From Phycisphaeraceae bacterium (GTDB lineage: Bacteria > Planctomycetota > Phycisphaerae > Phycisphaerales > UBA1924), in contig REDD01000139.1 of assembly GCA_007693725.1 (NCBI GenBank), positions 1,296-65,295 of the forward strand: a stretch of 64,000 nt of DNA, given 5' to 3'. Numbering within the stretch: the first letter of the stretch is position 1; the number at the start of each line of letters is the position of its first letter. The notes beneath the pieces were generated by a model, which saw nothing but the letters and a program-made list of their open reading frames with translations, searched no databases and was not told the DNA's origin. The translations under genes were made by a program, and so were the position numbers. Positions 16,891 to 26,230 of this stretch are shown here, piece by piece.

Positions 16891-17922
16891 TCAGATACGC
16901 CCCGCATACTCCGACACCGTCTCGAAAAACGGACGCGGAATCAACCCCAGATGCGCCGAAACCTTCGCGGTCGATGCCGTCGAATCCTCCATCGCCATCC
17001 GCGGCTCATCCGGACCGAACGGCAGCGCATTCGACAGACCCAGCACCTTCGCCTTCATTGCCACAACAAGCCCCATCACGCCCGGCAAACCGATGATCCG
17101 CATCTTCGGATTCGCCAAGGGCAGCGCATCGCGCACATGCCCCAGCATCGTCGGCCAATCCATCTCCTCCGGACCCGACAGCGGATACACCTCCCCGATC
17201 GCCGTCTCCCGCTCGAACGACTCCCCCGCCGCCTTCGCCACATCCTCCACCGCCACCGGAGCCACCCGCGCCGAGACAAACTTCGGCGGCTTTGGGGGAA
17301 ATCCCGGGGTGAACTCCACCCGCGTGAAATACGGAATAAAGAAGTGCGGTGCGCTCCGGCCCAGCGCCCAACCCTTCACCATCTGCATGAACTCACCATC
17401 CGGACCGTGAATCATCGACGGCCGCAGAATCGTCCACTCCAAACCACTCGCCCGGAGCAACCGCTCCCCCTCGTACTTCGTCCGCCAGTACGCCGTCGGA
17501 GCATTCGGACGAGCCCCGATCACCGACACCTGCACCCACCGTCGCGCCCCGGCATCCGAGGCCGACCGCAGCAGAATCCGCATCGCATCCACATGCAGAC
17601 GCGAGAAGGTCACATCCGGCGGCACCTCGCGCCGGATCCCGATCGTGTTCACAACCCCCCAGCACCCATCCATCAGCGACCGAACGCTCGATCCGCTGAA
17701 GACATCCCCCGTCACCAATTCCACATCCGCGGGCAGCACCGCGTCGGCCTTCGCACGATCGCGCACCAGCGCCTTCACCCGATGCCCGCGCGACAACAAC
17801 TCCCGCACCACATACCGCCCCACGAAGCCCGTTGCACCGGTCACCGCAATCGCTCGTCCTGCCGTCACGCCTGCATCCTCCTCTGCCACTGCGAACCGCA
17901 CAAACGCCTCTACCCCCGTCAT
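16891..17922 (-). CDS. NAD(P)H-binding SDR-like protein (NDUFA9/NmrA-like)
   Basis: Rossmann motif 'IAVTGATGFVGRYVVRELLSRGHRVKALVRD' near the N-terminus. Confidence 0.75.
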   Translation of the reverse strand: MTGVEAFVRFAVAEEDAGVTAGRAIAVTGATGFVGRYVVRELLSRGHRVKALVRDRAKADAVLPADVELVTGDVFSGSSVRSLMDGCWGVVNTIGIRREVPPDVTFSRLHVDAMRILLRSASDAGARRWVQVSVIGARPNAPTAYWRTKYEGERLLRASGLEWTILRPSMIHGPDGEFMQMVKGWALGRSAPHFFIPYFTRVEFTPGFPPKPPKFVSARVAPVAVEDVAKAAGESFERETAIGEVYPLSGPEEMDWPTMLGHVRDALPLANPKMRIIGLPGVMGLVVAMKAKVLGLSNALPFGPDEPRMAMEDSTASTAKVSAHLGLIPRPFFETVSEYAGRI

Positions 17923-18075
17923 CGCCCACCCACATTGGGGGGTTCAAGAGCGACGGGGAAACTTCCGGGGGCCGGGGGGGCAGTGTAGGGAAATGAGGCG
18001 GGATCAGCAGCCGACCTCCCCCGCGCTCCGGCTCCCGCTGGCACGCCATTCGCGGGGGCTTGGCGGGAGCACACC

Positions 18076-18579
18076 ATGAACAGAACCACATACATCCACG
18101 AGGCGCACGACTACACCAATGAGGAACTGCTCACGGCACTCCTCGCCGAGCGGCTCGACCGCCTCGCCGATCGCATGATCGCACGCGCCCACGACCGGCT
18201 CGCCATCTTCGGACGCCTCCGCCACACCGACTGGCTCCACCAGCGCATCCCCGACCTCTCCGGCTTCCCCATCGTCGCCTACATCAGCCCGGACCCCGAG
18301 GATCTGGCCCCCAGCCCGGTGCACAACCAGCGCCCCGTCCTCAGGATCGAGGATCCCCGCCTGCCCTCGCTCACGGACACCATCCTCATCTCCGACGACC
18401 GCTACGAGGAAGCCCTCGCGGCACAGGCCCTCCGCTGGACATCCCCGGGCACCATCATCTTCCGGCTCTACGAGCGCCTCGCCATCGGACGCGAACCGCT
18501 CACGCTCAGACCCCGCCCCATCGTGAGAACCCGGACCGTCTCGGTCGCGTCCGCGACCGTGTCTGCCGGCGCGGATTGA
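18076..18579 (+). CDS. hypothetical protein
   Basis: 167-aa ORF with strongly C/G-ending codons like neighbouring genes and no recognisable motif. Confidence 0.65.
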   Translation: MNRTTYIHEAHDYTNEELLTALLAERLDRLADRMIARAHDRLAIFGRLRHTDWLHQRIPDLSGFPIVAYISPDPEDLAPSPVHNQRPVLRIEDPRLPSLTDTILISDDRYEEALAAQALRWTSPGTIIFRLYERLAIGREPLTLRPRPIVRTRTVSVASATVSAGAD

Positions 18580-18620
18580 TCGCCCACTGACGACGCAGAG
18601 GTTTGCTCTACCATGCGCCC

Positions 18621-20492
18621 ATGTTCGCATTCGCACTTGCGAGCGAGGCGCCCGCCGATTCCCCGCTCCTCACCACCCTCTTCGTTGTCCTCGCCGGTGC
18701 AGGCGTCGCGGCGCTGATCGCCCAGCGCCTCCGGATGGCCGCCATCCCCGCCTATCTCTTCATCGGGGCGGTGATTGGCCCGAACGCCCTCGGGCTGGTC
18801 GAAGCCGGGCCCGGGCTCGAATCACTCCAGAGTCTCGCGCTGGTCCTCCTGATGTTCGGCATCGGGCTCCTGCTCGACACCACCTCATTCCGGGGAGCCC
18901 TCGGGCGCATCGTCTTCATCGGCATCGCCGCGGTCAGCGGCACCATCCTCCTGCTCTGGCCGCTCTGCCTCGTCTTCGGCCTCCACGCCCCCTCCGCGCT
19001 GGTCATCGCCATCGCCTTCGCCAACTCATCGACCGCGATCGTCATGCGCGTCCTGCAGGCCAAGCGCCAGACGCAGCGCATCAGCGGGCGTCTCTGCCTC
19101 GCCCTGCTCATCGTGCAGGATCTCTCGGTCATCCTCGCCCTGATCACACTGCCCATCATCGGCGTCTGGGCGGGCGTCGCGACCGACCTCGTCGATCCCG
19201 AGGCCACCGGCTTCGCGCGTCTCAGCGAGCTCCTCGCCAACGGCGGGCTCGCGCTCGCCGGTGTCGGGGCACTCATCGCCTTCGGCAGGTTCGTCCTCCC
19301 GTTCATCCTGCGCGAAGCGGCTCGCGTCGGCTCCACCGAGATCCTCACCATCCTCTCGGTCGCCTTCGCCATCGGCGCCGCCGGGCTGACCTCCCTGCTC
19401 GGCCTCTCGCTCGAACTCGGCGCGTTCCTCGGCGGCTTCCTCCTCTCCTCCACACCGTTCCGTCACCATCTCTCGGGGCAGATCGGAACGATCCGCGACC
19501 TCTTTCTCGCGGTCTTCTTCACAGCACTCGGGCTCAGCATCTCCTTTGTGGACATCGCCGCGAACCTCCCCCTCGTCATCTTCGGAACCCTCGGGCTCAT
19601 CCTCCTCAAGGGCCTCGCGATCGCTCTCTCCTGCTGGTTCTCCGGAACGACCGTCGGCAGCGCCCTCAAGGTCGGCCTGTCGCTCGCGCAGGCCAGCGAG
19701 TTCGGGCTCGTCATCCTCACCGTCGCCGGCCCGACGGGCGTCGGCATCCTCGACGCCGTGACACTCGGCAAGGCCACCGCCATCGTGGCCCTCACCCTGC
19801 TCTTCACGCCGTTCCTGATGAGTCTGGCCGACCTGATCAACGATCGCTTCAACCTCACTCAGACCGCACCGTGGATCAAGAAGGCCACGCTCGTCGACGC
19901 CGACGAACGGGCCGACTTCATCGAGAAGCACGACGACATTCCGCGCCGTCACATCATCGTCGCCGGCTTCGGCGTCATCGGGCGTGCCGTCGTCGACCGG
20001 CTCGCGCACACCGACACCACCATCACGATCATCGAGATGAACCTCCAGACCGTGCGCACGCAGACCCGCCACGGCAAATCCATTCTCTACGGCGATGTCT
20101 CGGACCCCGAAGTCCTCGAATCGGCGGGCATCCACAACGCCGACGCCCTCATCCTCGCCATCCCCGACGAGGAGGCCGTGCTCCGCGCCTGTCGCACCGC
20201 CAAGCATCTCAACCCGGATGTCTACATCATCGCGAGAACCAGCTTCCTCAGCCGTGCGATGATCGCCATCTCCCTCGGAGCCAACGAAACCGTCGTCGAA
20301 GAGATGGCCACCGCCGAAGCCATGGACCGGCTCATCCAGCGTGTGCTCGAACGCCACGAGGCCGAAGACAACAGCAGACGCGAGTCCGCGCAACGGGCCA
20401 GACATGCACAGGAATCTCGCTCTGAATCTCCCTCGGGCGCCTCGCAAGACAGCGCTGAAGACCCGAAGCAGGAACCCCGGAACGAAGACTGA
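18621..20492 (+). CDS. cation:proton antiporter (CPA2, KefB/KefC-like) with a C-terminal RCK/TrkA-N domain
   Basis: About 12 TM segments, then 'HIIVAGFGVIGRAVVDRL...YGDVSDPEVLESAGIHNADALILAIPD'. The ORF opens at TTG 18603; the first ATG is at 18621. Confidence 0.85.
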   Translation: MFAFALASEAPADSPLLTTLFVVLAGAGVAALIAQRLRMAAIPAYLFIGAVIGPNALGLVEAGPGLESLQSLALVLLMFGIGLLLDTTSFRGALGRIVFIGIAAVSGTILLLWPLCLVFGLHAPSALVIAIAFANSSTAIVMRVLQAKRQTQRISGRLCLALLIVQDLSVILALITLPIIGVWAGVATDLVDPEATGFARLSELLANGGLALAGVGALIAFGRFVLPFILREAARVGSTEILTILSVAFAIGAAGLTSLLGLSLELGAFLGGFLLSSTPFRHHLSGQIGTIRDLFLAVFFTALGLSISFVDIAANLPLVIFGTLGLILLKGLAIALSCWFSGTTVGSALKVGLSLAQASEFGLVILTVAGPTGVGILDAVTLGKATAIVALTLLFTPFLMSLADLINDRFNLTQTAPWIKKATLVDADERADFIEKHDDIPRRHIIVAGFGVIGRAVVDRLAHTDTTITIIEMNLQTVRTQTRHGKSILYGDVSDPEVLESAGIHNADALILAIPDEEAVLRACRTAKHLNPDVYIIARTSFLSRAMIAISLGANETVVEEMATAEAMDRLIQRVLERHEAEDNSRRESAQRARHAQESRSESPSGASQDSAEDPKQEPRNED

Positions 20493-20507
20493 TCCGGCAA
20501 CGCCTCG

Positions 20508-21503
20508 TCAGGCCAATCCCTTTCCGCCCAGCCACCGCTCGGCATCCAGCGCCGCCTGACACCCCATGCCCGCGGCGGTCACCGCCTGACGATACTCCGC
20601 ATCCGCCACATCGCCCGCCGCAAACACACCGTCGATGTTCGTCGCGCTGTGACGCGAGTTCAGACGGATGTACCCCTTGTCGTCCATCTCGATGCCGCTG
20701 TCCTTGATGAACTTCGTCGCGGGGGTGTGCCCAATCGCGACGAACAAGCCGTTCACTTCCAGAGTGCTCTCTTCATCCGTTTGCGTGTCTTTCAGACGAA
20801 CGCCGGTGATGAGATCATCTCCCAGGACATCCACCACGACCTTGTTCCACAGCACCTCGACATTGTCCTTGGCCAGCAGGCGCTCCTGCATGGTCTTGCT
20901 CGCGCGGAACTCGTCGCGCCGGTGAATCACATACACCTTGGATGCGTACTTCGTGAGGTAGTTGGCCTCCTCCATCGCCGTGTCGCCGCCGCCCACCACC
21001 GCCATCGGTTTGTTCCGGAACATCGGCAACGCGCCGTCGCACACGGCGCACGCAGAAACGCCGCCGCCCGAGCGAGCCAGCCGCATCTCGCTCTCCAGCC
21101 CGAGCCAGTTCGCAACAGCCCCGGTCGCCAGAATCACCGCGTGCGCCCGGATCTTCTTGCCTTCCGATGTCTCCAGCGTGAAGGGATGCTCCGAGAAATC
21201 ACACGAGACGATGTCCTGCTCGATCGTCTTGGTGCCGAACCGCTCCGCCTGCTTGCGGAACATGTCCATCATCTCCGGGCCGCTCACGCCATCCGGGAAT
21301 CCGGGGTAGTTCTCGACATCCGTCGTCAGCATGAGCTGGCCGCCCGGAAGCACCGGCCCGGGATCGTTCTTCGCGACGCCCACGAAGCACACCGGATCGA
21401 GACTCGCGCGCGATGCGTAGATCGCCGCGGTGTAGCCGGCGGGCCCCGACCCGATGATCACCAGCTTGTGGACTTCGCCGTTCGATGACCCATTTGATGA
21501 CAT
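20508..21503 (-). CDS. trxB: thioredoxin-disulfide reductase
   Basis: 'KLVIIGSGPAGYTAAIYASRA', redox-active 'CAVCDG', 'AVVGGGDTAMEEANYL' and 'GVFAAGDV'. Confidence 0.95.
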   Translation of the reverse strand: MSSNGSSNGEVHKLVIIGSGPAGYTAAIYASRASLDPVCFVGVAKNDPGPVLPGGQLMLTTDVENYPGFPDGVSGPEMMDMFRKQAERFGTKTIEQDIVSCDFSEHPFTLETSEGKKIRAHAVILATGAVANWLGLESEMRLARSGGGVSACAVCDGALPMFRNKPMAVVGGGDTAMEEANYLTKYASKVYVIHRRDEFRASKTMQERLLAKDNVEVLWNKVVVDVLGDDLITGVRLKDTQTDEESTLEVNGLFVAIGHTPATKFIKDSGIEMDDKGYIRLNSRHSATNIDGVFAAGDVADAEYRQAVTAAGMGCQAALDAERWLGGKGLA

Positions 21504-21578
21504 AGCCGCTCCTTGTTTCGATCACGAAGAACCATCCGGAATCCCGGACTATTCCCCACGGAATACTCCGACCCGGGC

Positions 21579-23753
21579 TCACTGATTCGCACGCCGGAGC
21601 GCTGAAATCGGCGGCCAGATCAGGATGTCATCCCCGCCCGCGCCGACCACCGCCGCGAGATCGTTCCTGCGATTCGGACCGAGCGAGTACAGCAGGAACT
21701 GTGAGTCGTCGACCATGGCGATGAAGAATGCCTGATCACCGATCCCGCCCATCGGAAAATCGTCGCTGACGAGCAATACAAGAAATTCCTGAATCGGATC
21801 GATGTAGCGATCCTGAACAACAACATTCACCATCCCTCGCAGCATCGACTGTATATCGGATCCACTCAGTCTCTCGCCCGCACGCGCCTTCTCCATGGCG
21901 CTGCGGACCGAGGCATCGCGCGCCAGGTCGGCCAGCAGATCCGGAATCAACCGCTCAACTGCCGACATATCGACGCCAAATCCTGTCAATGCATTGCGTA
22001 TCGCCGGATCAGCATTCAGCATCGACACGACCGTGCCCGCCTGCTCGCGAGCCATCTCCGGGCTCCCCAGCACCCCGGCGAGCATGGGGAGAAACTGATT
22101 CATCTCCTCCAGATCATCACGGCTGATCTCATAGTCATCGACATTCTGAAGGAACCATCTCCGGAGCACATCGACACGCACCCGCCCGGTCTCTTCGTCG
22201 ATCAAATCGTCCGGGATATCCTCCATCGCATCCGCCTGCAATCCCCCGCCAACCCCAGTCATCATCCCGCCGAAACCTCCCCCCGCTGCGCCCGGAGGCG
22301 CTGCCATGCTCATCCCCGCACCCGCCGGCGCATCCTCCTGGGCAGGAGTGGGCGCCCGCATCTGATCATTCTCGAACAGATTCACACGCACCGCGTACGG
22401 GCGCGGCAACTCGCGGGGACCGAAAGTCTGGTCACGGATCGGCACGAAATACCCGAAGTCCTCCTGGCGACGAAGCCGCTCATTCCACGCGTACGGATCC
22501 AACGCCAAGCGAGGCACATACCGCGGCTGGATCGCAGCGAGCACCGGCGGGAAAGCGCGGTTGTCCAGACGAAACGCGACCACGCCCAGCGAGTTGTATG
22601 TCCCGCGCAGCTCCGTCACCGTGTCGAAACGGATCTGCGACAGAAAACGGTACAGATCCGTCTCCGCATCGATGCCGCCGAAACGACGGATCACGCTGAA
22701 CTTCGTCGGATCGGTCTGCTCAAAGTCCGTCACCCGGCGCAGCGTCGGCTCATTCCAGTTCTGATTGTTCCAACGGATCTCGAAATCCCCCCACACCGCC
22801 TGGATCCGATCGCTCGTTTCGAACCAGCCCTCGTGCTGCGATGCCAGCCGCTCGTACCACGCGTACTCGGAGAAGGTCCGCAAGGGCAGCATGTTCGATG
22901 CGGACTTCGCCAGAAGCTCCGCCAAGGCCCCGACACGCACCTCGCCCCGCTCCTCAAACCCGCGGCTCAGCGCCTGCTCCGCCGCCAATCGCTCGAACAC
23001 AGGAAACGAAATGCGATTGAGCGTCATCGCCCGATCGTCCAGCTCGGGAATCGCCTCCTTCAGAATCGTCGAGGTGAACGCGCTCTGATGCGAGTACACA
23101 ACATCCCGCACGCGCTCCAGCGCAACACGCATCAGCACGAATGCGAACTGCTTCTCGGTCGCGCTCGGACGATCGGCAAGAACCCGGCCCAGCCGAAGCA
23201 GATCGATCAATACATCGAGCGATGCTTCCCCGTTCCCCTCGCGCGCAAGACGAAACGAGTCGACAAGCGCGAGCCGCAGCAGCCATTCCATCCGATCCAG
23301 ATAATCGAAGGAAACCGTCCCCAGTTCCCCGCCGCGACCGATCGAATTCACCAGCCCCGCGCGCCGCCACTCCTCCGGCGCACTCTTCGCGCTGTCGTAC
23401 GGGATCCCGAGCACGAAACGCTGATCCGGATCCCCGACCTCCGCGAGCGCCTTGATCACCGCCTGCTGCGGGTCCCGCGCTGCCCAGCGCTCCAATTCGC
23501 GCCAGCGGGAATCCGTCTCCCGCAGAGTCACCATCTCCTCGACGCTCAAGGCCAGCGAGGGCGGCTCGTCCATCGCCGCCAACGCGGGGAACAGGACATC
23601 CTCCATCGCCTGCGTCCCCGGCGTCACCGCCGCGGCACGATTCGCCTGCTCCAGAAATCGATCCCCCAGCGCGCCCGGAGCAACGCTCAGCACGCACACC
23701 ACCGACACCCAAACGCTCACGAAGACCCGAATCGGCCCTTGCATCATCATCAC
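21579..23753 (-). CDS. large secreted hypothetical protein
   Basis: 724-aa ORF with an N-terminal signal-like segment 'IRVFVSVWVSVVCVLSVAPGALG' and a G/M/A-rich low-complexity stretch mid-protein. The C-terminus is 'FLLYSLGPNRRNDLAAVVGAGGDDILIWPP'. Confidence 0.75.
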   Translation of the reverse strand: MMMMQGPIRVFVSVWVSVVCVLSVAPGALGDRFLEQANRAAAVTPGTQAMEDVLFPALAAMDEPPSLALSVEEMVTLRETDSRWRELERWAARDPQQAVIKALAEVGDPDQRFVLGIPYDSAKSAPEEWRRAGLVNSIGRGGELGTVSFDYLDRMEWLLRLALVDSFRLAREGNGEASLDVLIDLLRLGRVLADRPSATEKQFAFVLMRVALERVRDVVYSHQSAFTSTILKEAIPELDDRAMTLNRISFPVFERLAAEQALSRGFEERGEVRVGALAELLAKSASNMLPLRTFSEYAWYERLASQHEGWFETSDRIQAVWGDFEIRWNNQNWNEPTLRRVTDFEQTDPTKFSVIRRFGGIDAETDLYRFLSQIRFDTVTELRGTYNSLGVVAFRLDNRAFPPVLAAIQPRYVPRLALDPYAWNERLRRQEDFGYFVPIRDQTFGPRELPRPYAVRVNLFENDQMRAPTPAQEDAPAGAGMSMAAPPGAAGGGFGGMMTGVGGGLQADAMEDIPDDLIDEETGRVRVDVLRRWFLQNVDDYEISRDDLEEMNQFLPMLAGVLGSPEMAREQAGTVVSMLNADPAIRNALTGFGVDMSAVERLIPDLLADLARDASVRSAMEKARAGERLSGSDIQSMLRGMVNVVVQDRYIDPIQEFLVLLVSDDFPMGGIGDQAFFIAMVDDSQFLLYSLGPNRRNDLAAVVGAGGDDILIWPPISALRRANQ

Positions 23754-23899
23754 TCCGATTCCATCTCTGGCTCATTTCCACCCGGACCGTTCCAAACACA
23801 TTCCGAGCAGCCGAACGATCGATTCTACCGCCCCCTCGCTCCCCCGCCGACCCCAGTACAAACACGCGATTCCACGCCCCCACCGTCTACAATCGCCCG

Positions 23900-25159
23900 A
23901 TGAGCCAGCAGCGCCGACTCTACTTCGACAACGCGGCCACCTCGTTCCCGAAGCCGGCGCGCGTCCTCGCCGCCATGCAGGAGTACGCCACCTCGCTCGG
24001 CGCCTCCCCCGGACGCGGCGCCTACCGCGAGGCCCGTGAGGCCGGAGAGCGACTCCACACCTGCCGCGTCCGCCTCGCCACACTCCTCAACGCGCCCTCC
24101 CCAGACCACATCATCTTCACCCTCAACACCACCGACGCCCTCAATCTCGCCATCCACGGCCTCATCCGCCCCGACCAGCCCAACCACGCCGTCACCACCC
24201 GGATGGACCACAACTCCGTCCTCCGACCCCTCAACCGCCTCCAATCCGAGGCCCTCCTCGAGCAGACCCGCGTCCCCGTCGACCCCGACACCGGCATCGT
24301 CGATCCCGAGGACATCCGCCGCGCCATCCGACCCGACACCCGCTTCGTCGCGGTCGTCCACGCCAGCAATGTCTCCGGATCCATCCAGCCCATCCCCGAG
24401 ATCGGGGCCATCTGCCGCGAAATGGCGGTGCCCCTGATCGTCGATGCCGCCCAGTCCGTCGGGCACATCCCCGTCGATGTCCGGGCGATGAACATCGATC
24501 TGCTGGCCATCCCCGGGCACAAGGGCCTCCTCGGCCCGCTCGGGACGGGTGCGCTGGTCATCCGCCCCGGCCTCGAACGCTCCCTCCGCACCCTCCGCGA
24601 GGGCGGCACCGGCTCGCTCTCCGAGCACGACATCCAGCCCGACACACTCCCCGACAAGTACGAGCCCGGCTCCCACAACGCCATCGGCATCATCGGCCTC
24701 TCTGCGGGCGTCGCCTGGCTGCTCGAACGCTCGATCGAGGCCGTCGCGGCCCACGAGCAGGAACTCATCGAGCAGTTTCTGCGGGGCATCCACTCCAACT
24801 CCGCCCTCAACGACCCCGGGGCGCTCCTCCCGGGACTCCGGCTCCTCGGGCCTCGCTCCATCGCCCAGCGGACCGGCGTCTTCAGCGTCACCGTCGATGG
24901 CCTCCCCCCCGCCCGACTCGCCCAACTCCTCGAGGACCGCTACGGGATCCTCACCCGTGCAGGGCTTCACTGCGCTCCCTTGGCCCACGAGACCTTCCGC
25001 ACCAGCCTGGAGCACACCGGCTCGGCGGAGACTGCCGGGGCGACCCGCTTCTCGCTCGGCCCCTTCCTCACGCCTCAGGATGTCCGCTTCGCCACCGATG
25101 CACTCGCCGAGATCTGCGATCAGCACGCCCGCTCCCCCCTCACCACCGCCTCCAGCTGA
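23900..25159 (+). CDS. class V aminotransferase / cysteine desulfurase family protein
   Basis: 'LYFDNAATSFPKP', 'HASNVSGSIQPI', PLP-lysine context 'AIPGHKGLLGP', and 'RAGLHCAPLAH' with a conserved Cys. Confidence 0.85.
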   Translation: MSQQRRLYFDNAATSFPKPARVLAAMQEYATSLGASPGRGAYREAREAGERLHTCRVRLATLLNAPSPDHIIFTLNTTDALNLAIHGLIRPDQPNHAVTTRMDHNSVLRPLNRLQSEALLEQTRVPVDPDTGIVDPEDIRRAIRPDTRFVAVVHASNVSGSIQPIPEIGAICREMAVPLIVDAAQSVGHIPVDVRAMNIDLLAIPGHKGLLGPLGTGALVIRPGLERSLRTLREGGTGSLSEHDIQPDTLPDKYEPGSHNAIGIIGLSAGVAWLLERSIEAVAAHEQELIEQFLRGIHSNSALNDPGALLPGLRLLGPRSIAQRTGVFSVTVDGLPPARLAQLLEDRYGILTRAGLHCAPLAHETFRTSLEHTGSAETAGATRFSLGPFLTPQDVRFATDALAEICDQHARSPLTTASS

Positions 25160-25186
25160 TCGAGCCCCGCGAACACACCGGCTCGC

Positions 25187-26230
25187 ATGTTCAACAAGAC
25201 CCTCACCACCGCGGACGATCGGCGCAACATCGTTCCGCTAATCAGTCCGCGGCTGCTCACGGAGCGGAGCAGCCCCGACCTCGCGGTACGCCGGACGCTT
25301 CAACGCCGGCTCAACGCCTTTCTCTTCGTGCGCGCGCGCCGGCTGACACTCCTCAATTCGCCGCTCTTCGTCATCAACGCCTTCCCCATCATCACGCTCG
25401 TCCTCGTCTCGATCATCTTCTTCGGACTGCTCCCCTGCATCGGGTGGATCGGGATCATGGTCGCCGTGCCGACCGCGCTGCGGTGGTACCTGCGCGATGC
25501 CGGACCGGCGCGGTGGGCGCGCCAGCTCGCCTCGTCCTGCATCGCCGAAGCGGTCTGCCCATCGTGCGCCTATCCGCTCGACGGCATCCCCGAGGACGAC
25601 GACGCCTGCCAGACATGCCCGGAGTGCAGCGCCGCGTGGCTCGCCTCGCGCATCGTCGCGCCGGCGCGCGATCCCGACCGCCCACGCCTGCCCGATTTGT
25701 CCTCCCCACTGCGATGCATCGCACGATTCATCCCCATTCCCGCGCGCCGTCTCGATCCGGACGATTCCGGGCGCATCGTGCCGCTGGTGGATGCCCAACT
25801 CCGCGACCTCCCCCGGAAGGACCTCCCCCGGAACGATCTCTCCCCGGAGCAGCGGACGCGCATCGTCCATTCGATCCTCGAAACGCACCGCTCACGCCGA
25901 CTGCTCGGCGCTCTGGCGATCAGCGCCTGCATCGGCGTGCTCTGGTCGACACTCATCGTGGCGCAGACGATGAATCCGGATGCCGTCTCGCGCTCTGCGC
26001 CGCTCGTCGTCATGTTCGGACTCCTGCTCACCATCGCCGCGGTCTGGGCGATGCTGGCCATCATGTTCGGCACCCTGCTCGTCCCCCGCCGCGCTGTCAT
26101 CCCGGCCATGCTCGCGGAGCATCGCTGCCCCACCTGCGCCGCTGCGCTCACACAACTACCCCACGAGACGGGGCTCACCACCTGCCCGGCCTGTGCAGCA
26201 CGCTGGAACATCCAGCCGCCCGGCAGCTAA
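25187..26230 (+). CDS. membrane protein with two zinc-ribbon motifs (hypothetical)
   Basis: 'CPSCAYPLDGIPEDDDACQTCPECSAAW' and 'CPTCAAALTQLPHETGLTTCPACAARW', each following a pair of hydrophobic helices. Confidence 0.65.
   Translation: MFNKTLTTADDRRNIVPLISPRLLTERSSPDLAVRRTLQRRLNAFLFVRARRLTLLNSPLFVINAFPIITLVLVSIIFFGLLPCIGWIGIMVAVPTALRWYLRDAGPARWARQLASSCIAEAVCPSCAYPLDGIPEDDDACQTCPECSAAWLASRIVAPARDPDRPRLPDLSSPLRCIARFIPIPARRLDPDDSGRIVPLVDAQLRDLPRKDLPRNDLSPEQRTRIVHSILETHRSRRLLGALAISACIGVLWSTLIVAQTMNPDAVSRSAPLVVMFGLLLTIAAVWAMLAIMFGTLLVPRRAVIPAMLAEHRCPTCAAALTQLPHETGLTTCPACAARWNIQPPGS

Noticed and set aside
14731-17988. A 1085-aa plus-strand ORF spanning the end of asnB and running antisense to three minus-strand genes.
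   Set aside because: Its translation is R/P/H/Q/T-rich low complexity with no motif. It lies opposite well-supported conserved genes (DAACS transporter, NAD(P)-binding protein). Stop-poor antisense frames are expected at this G+C content, so this is a shadow ORF.
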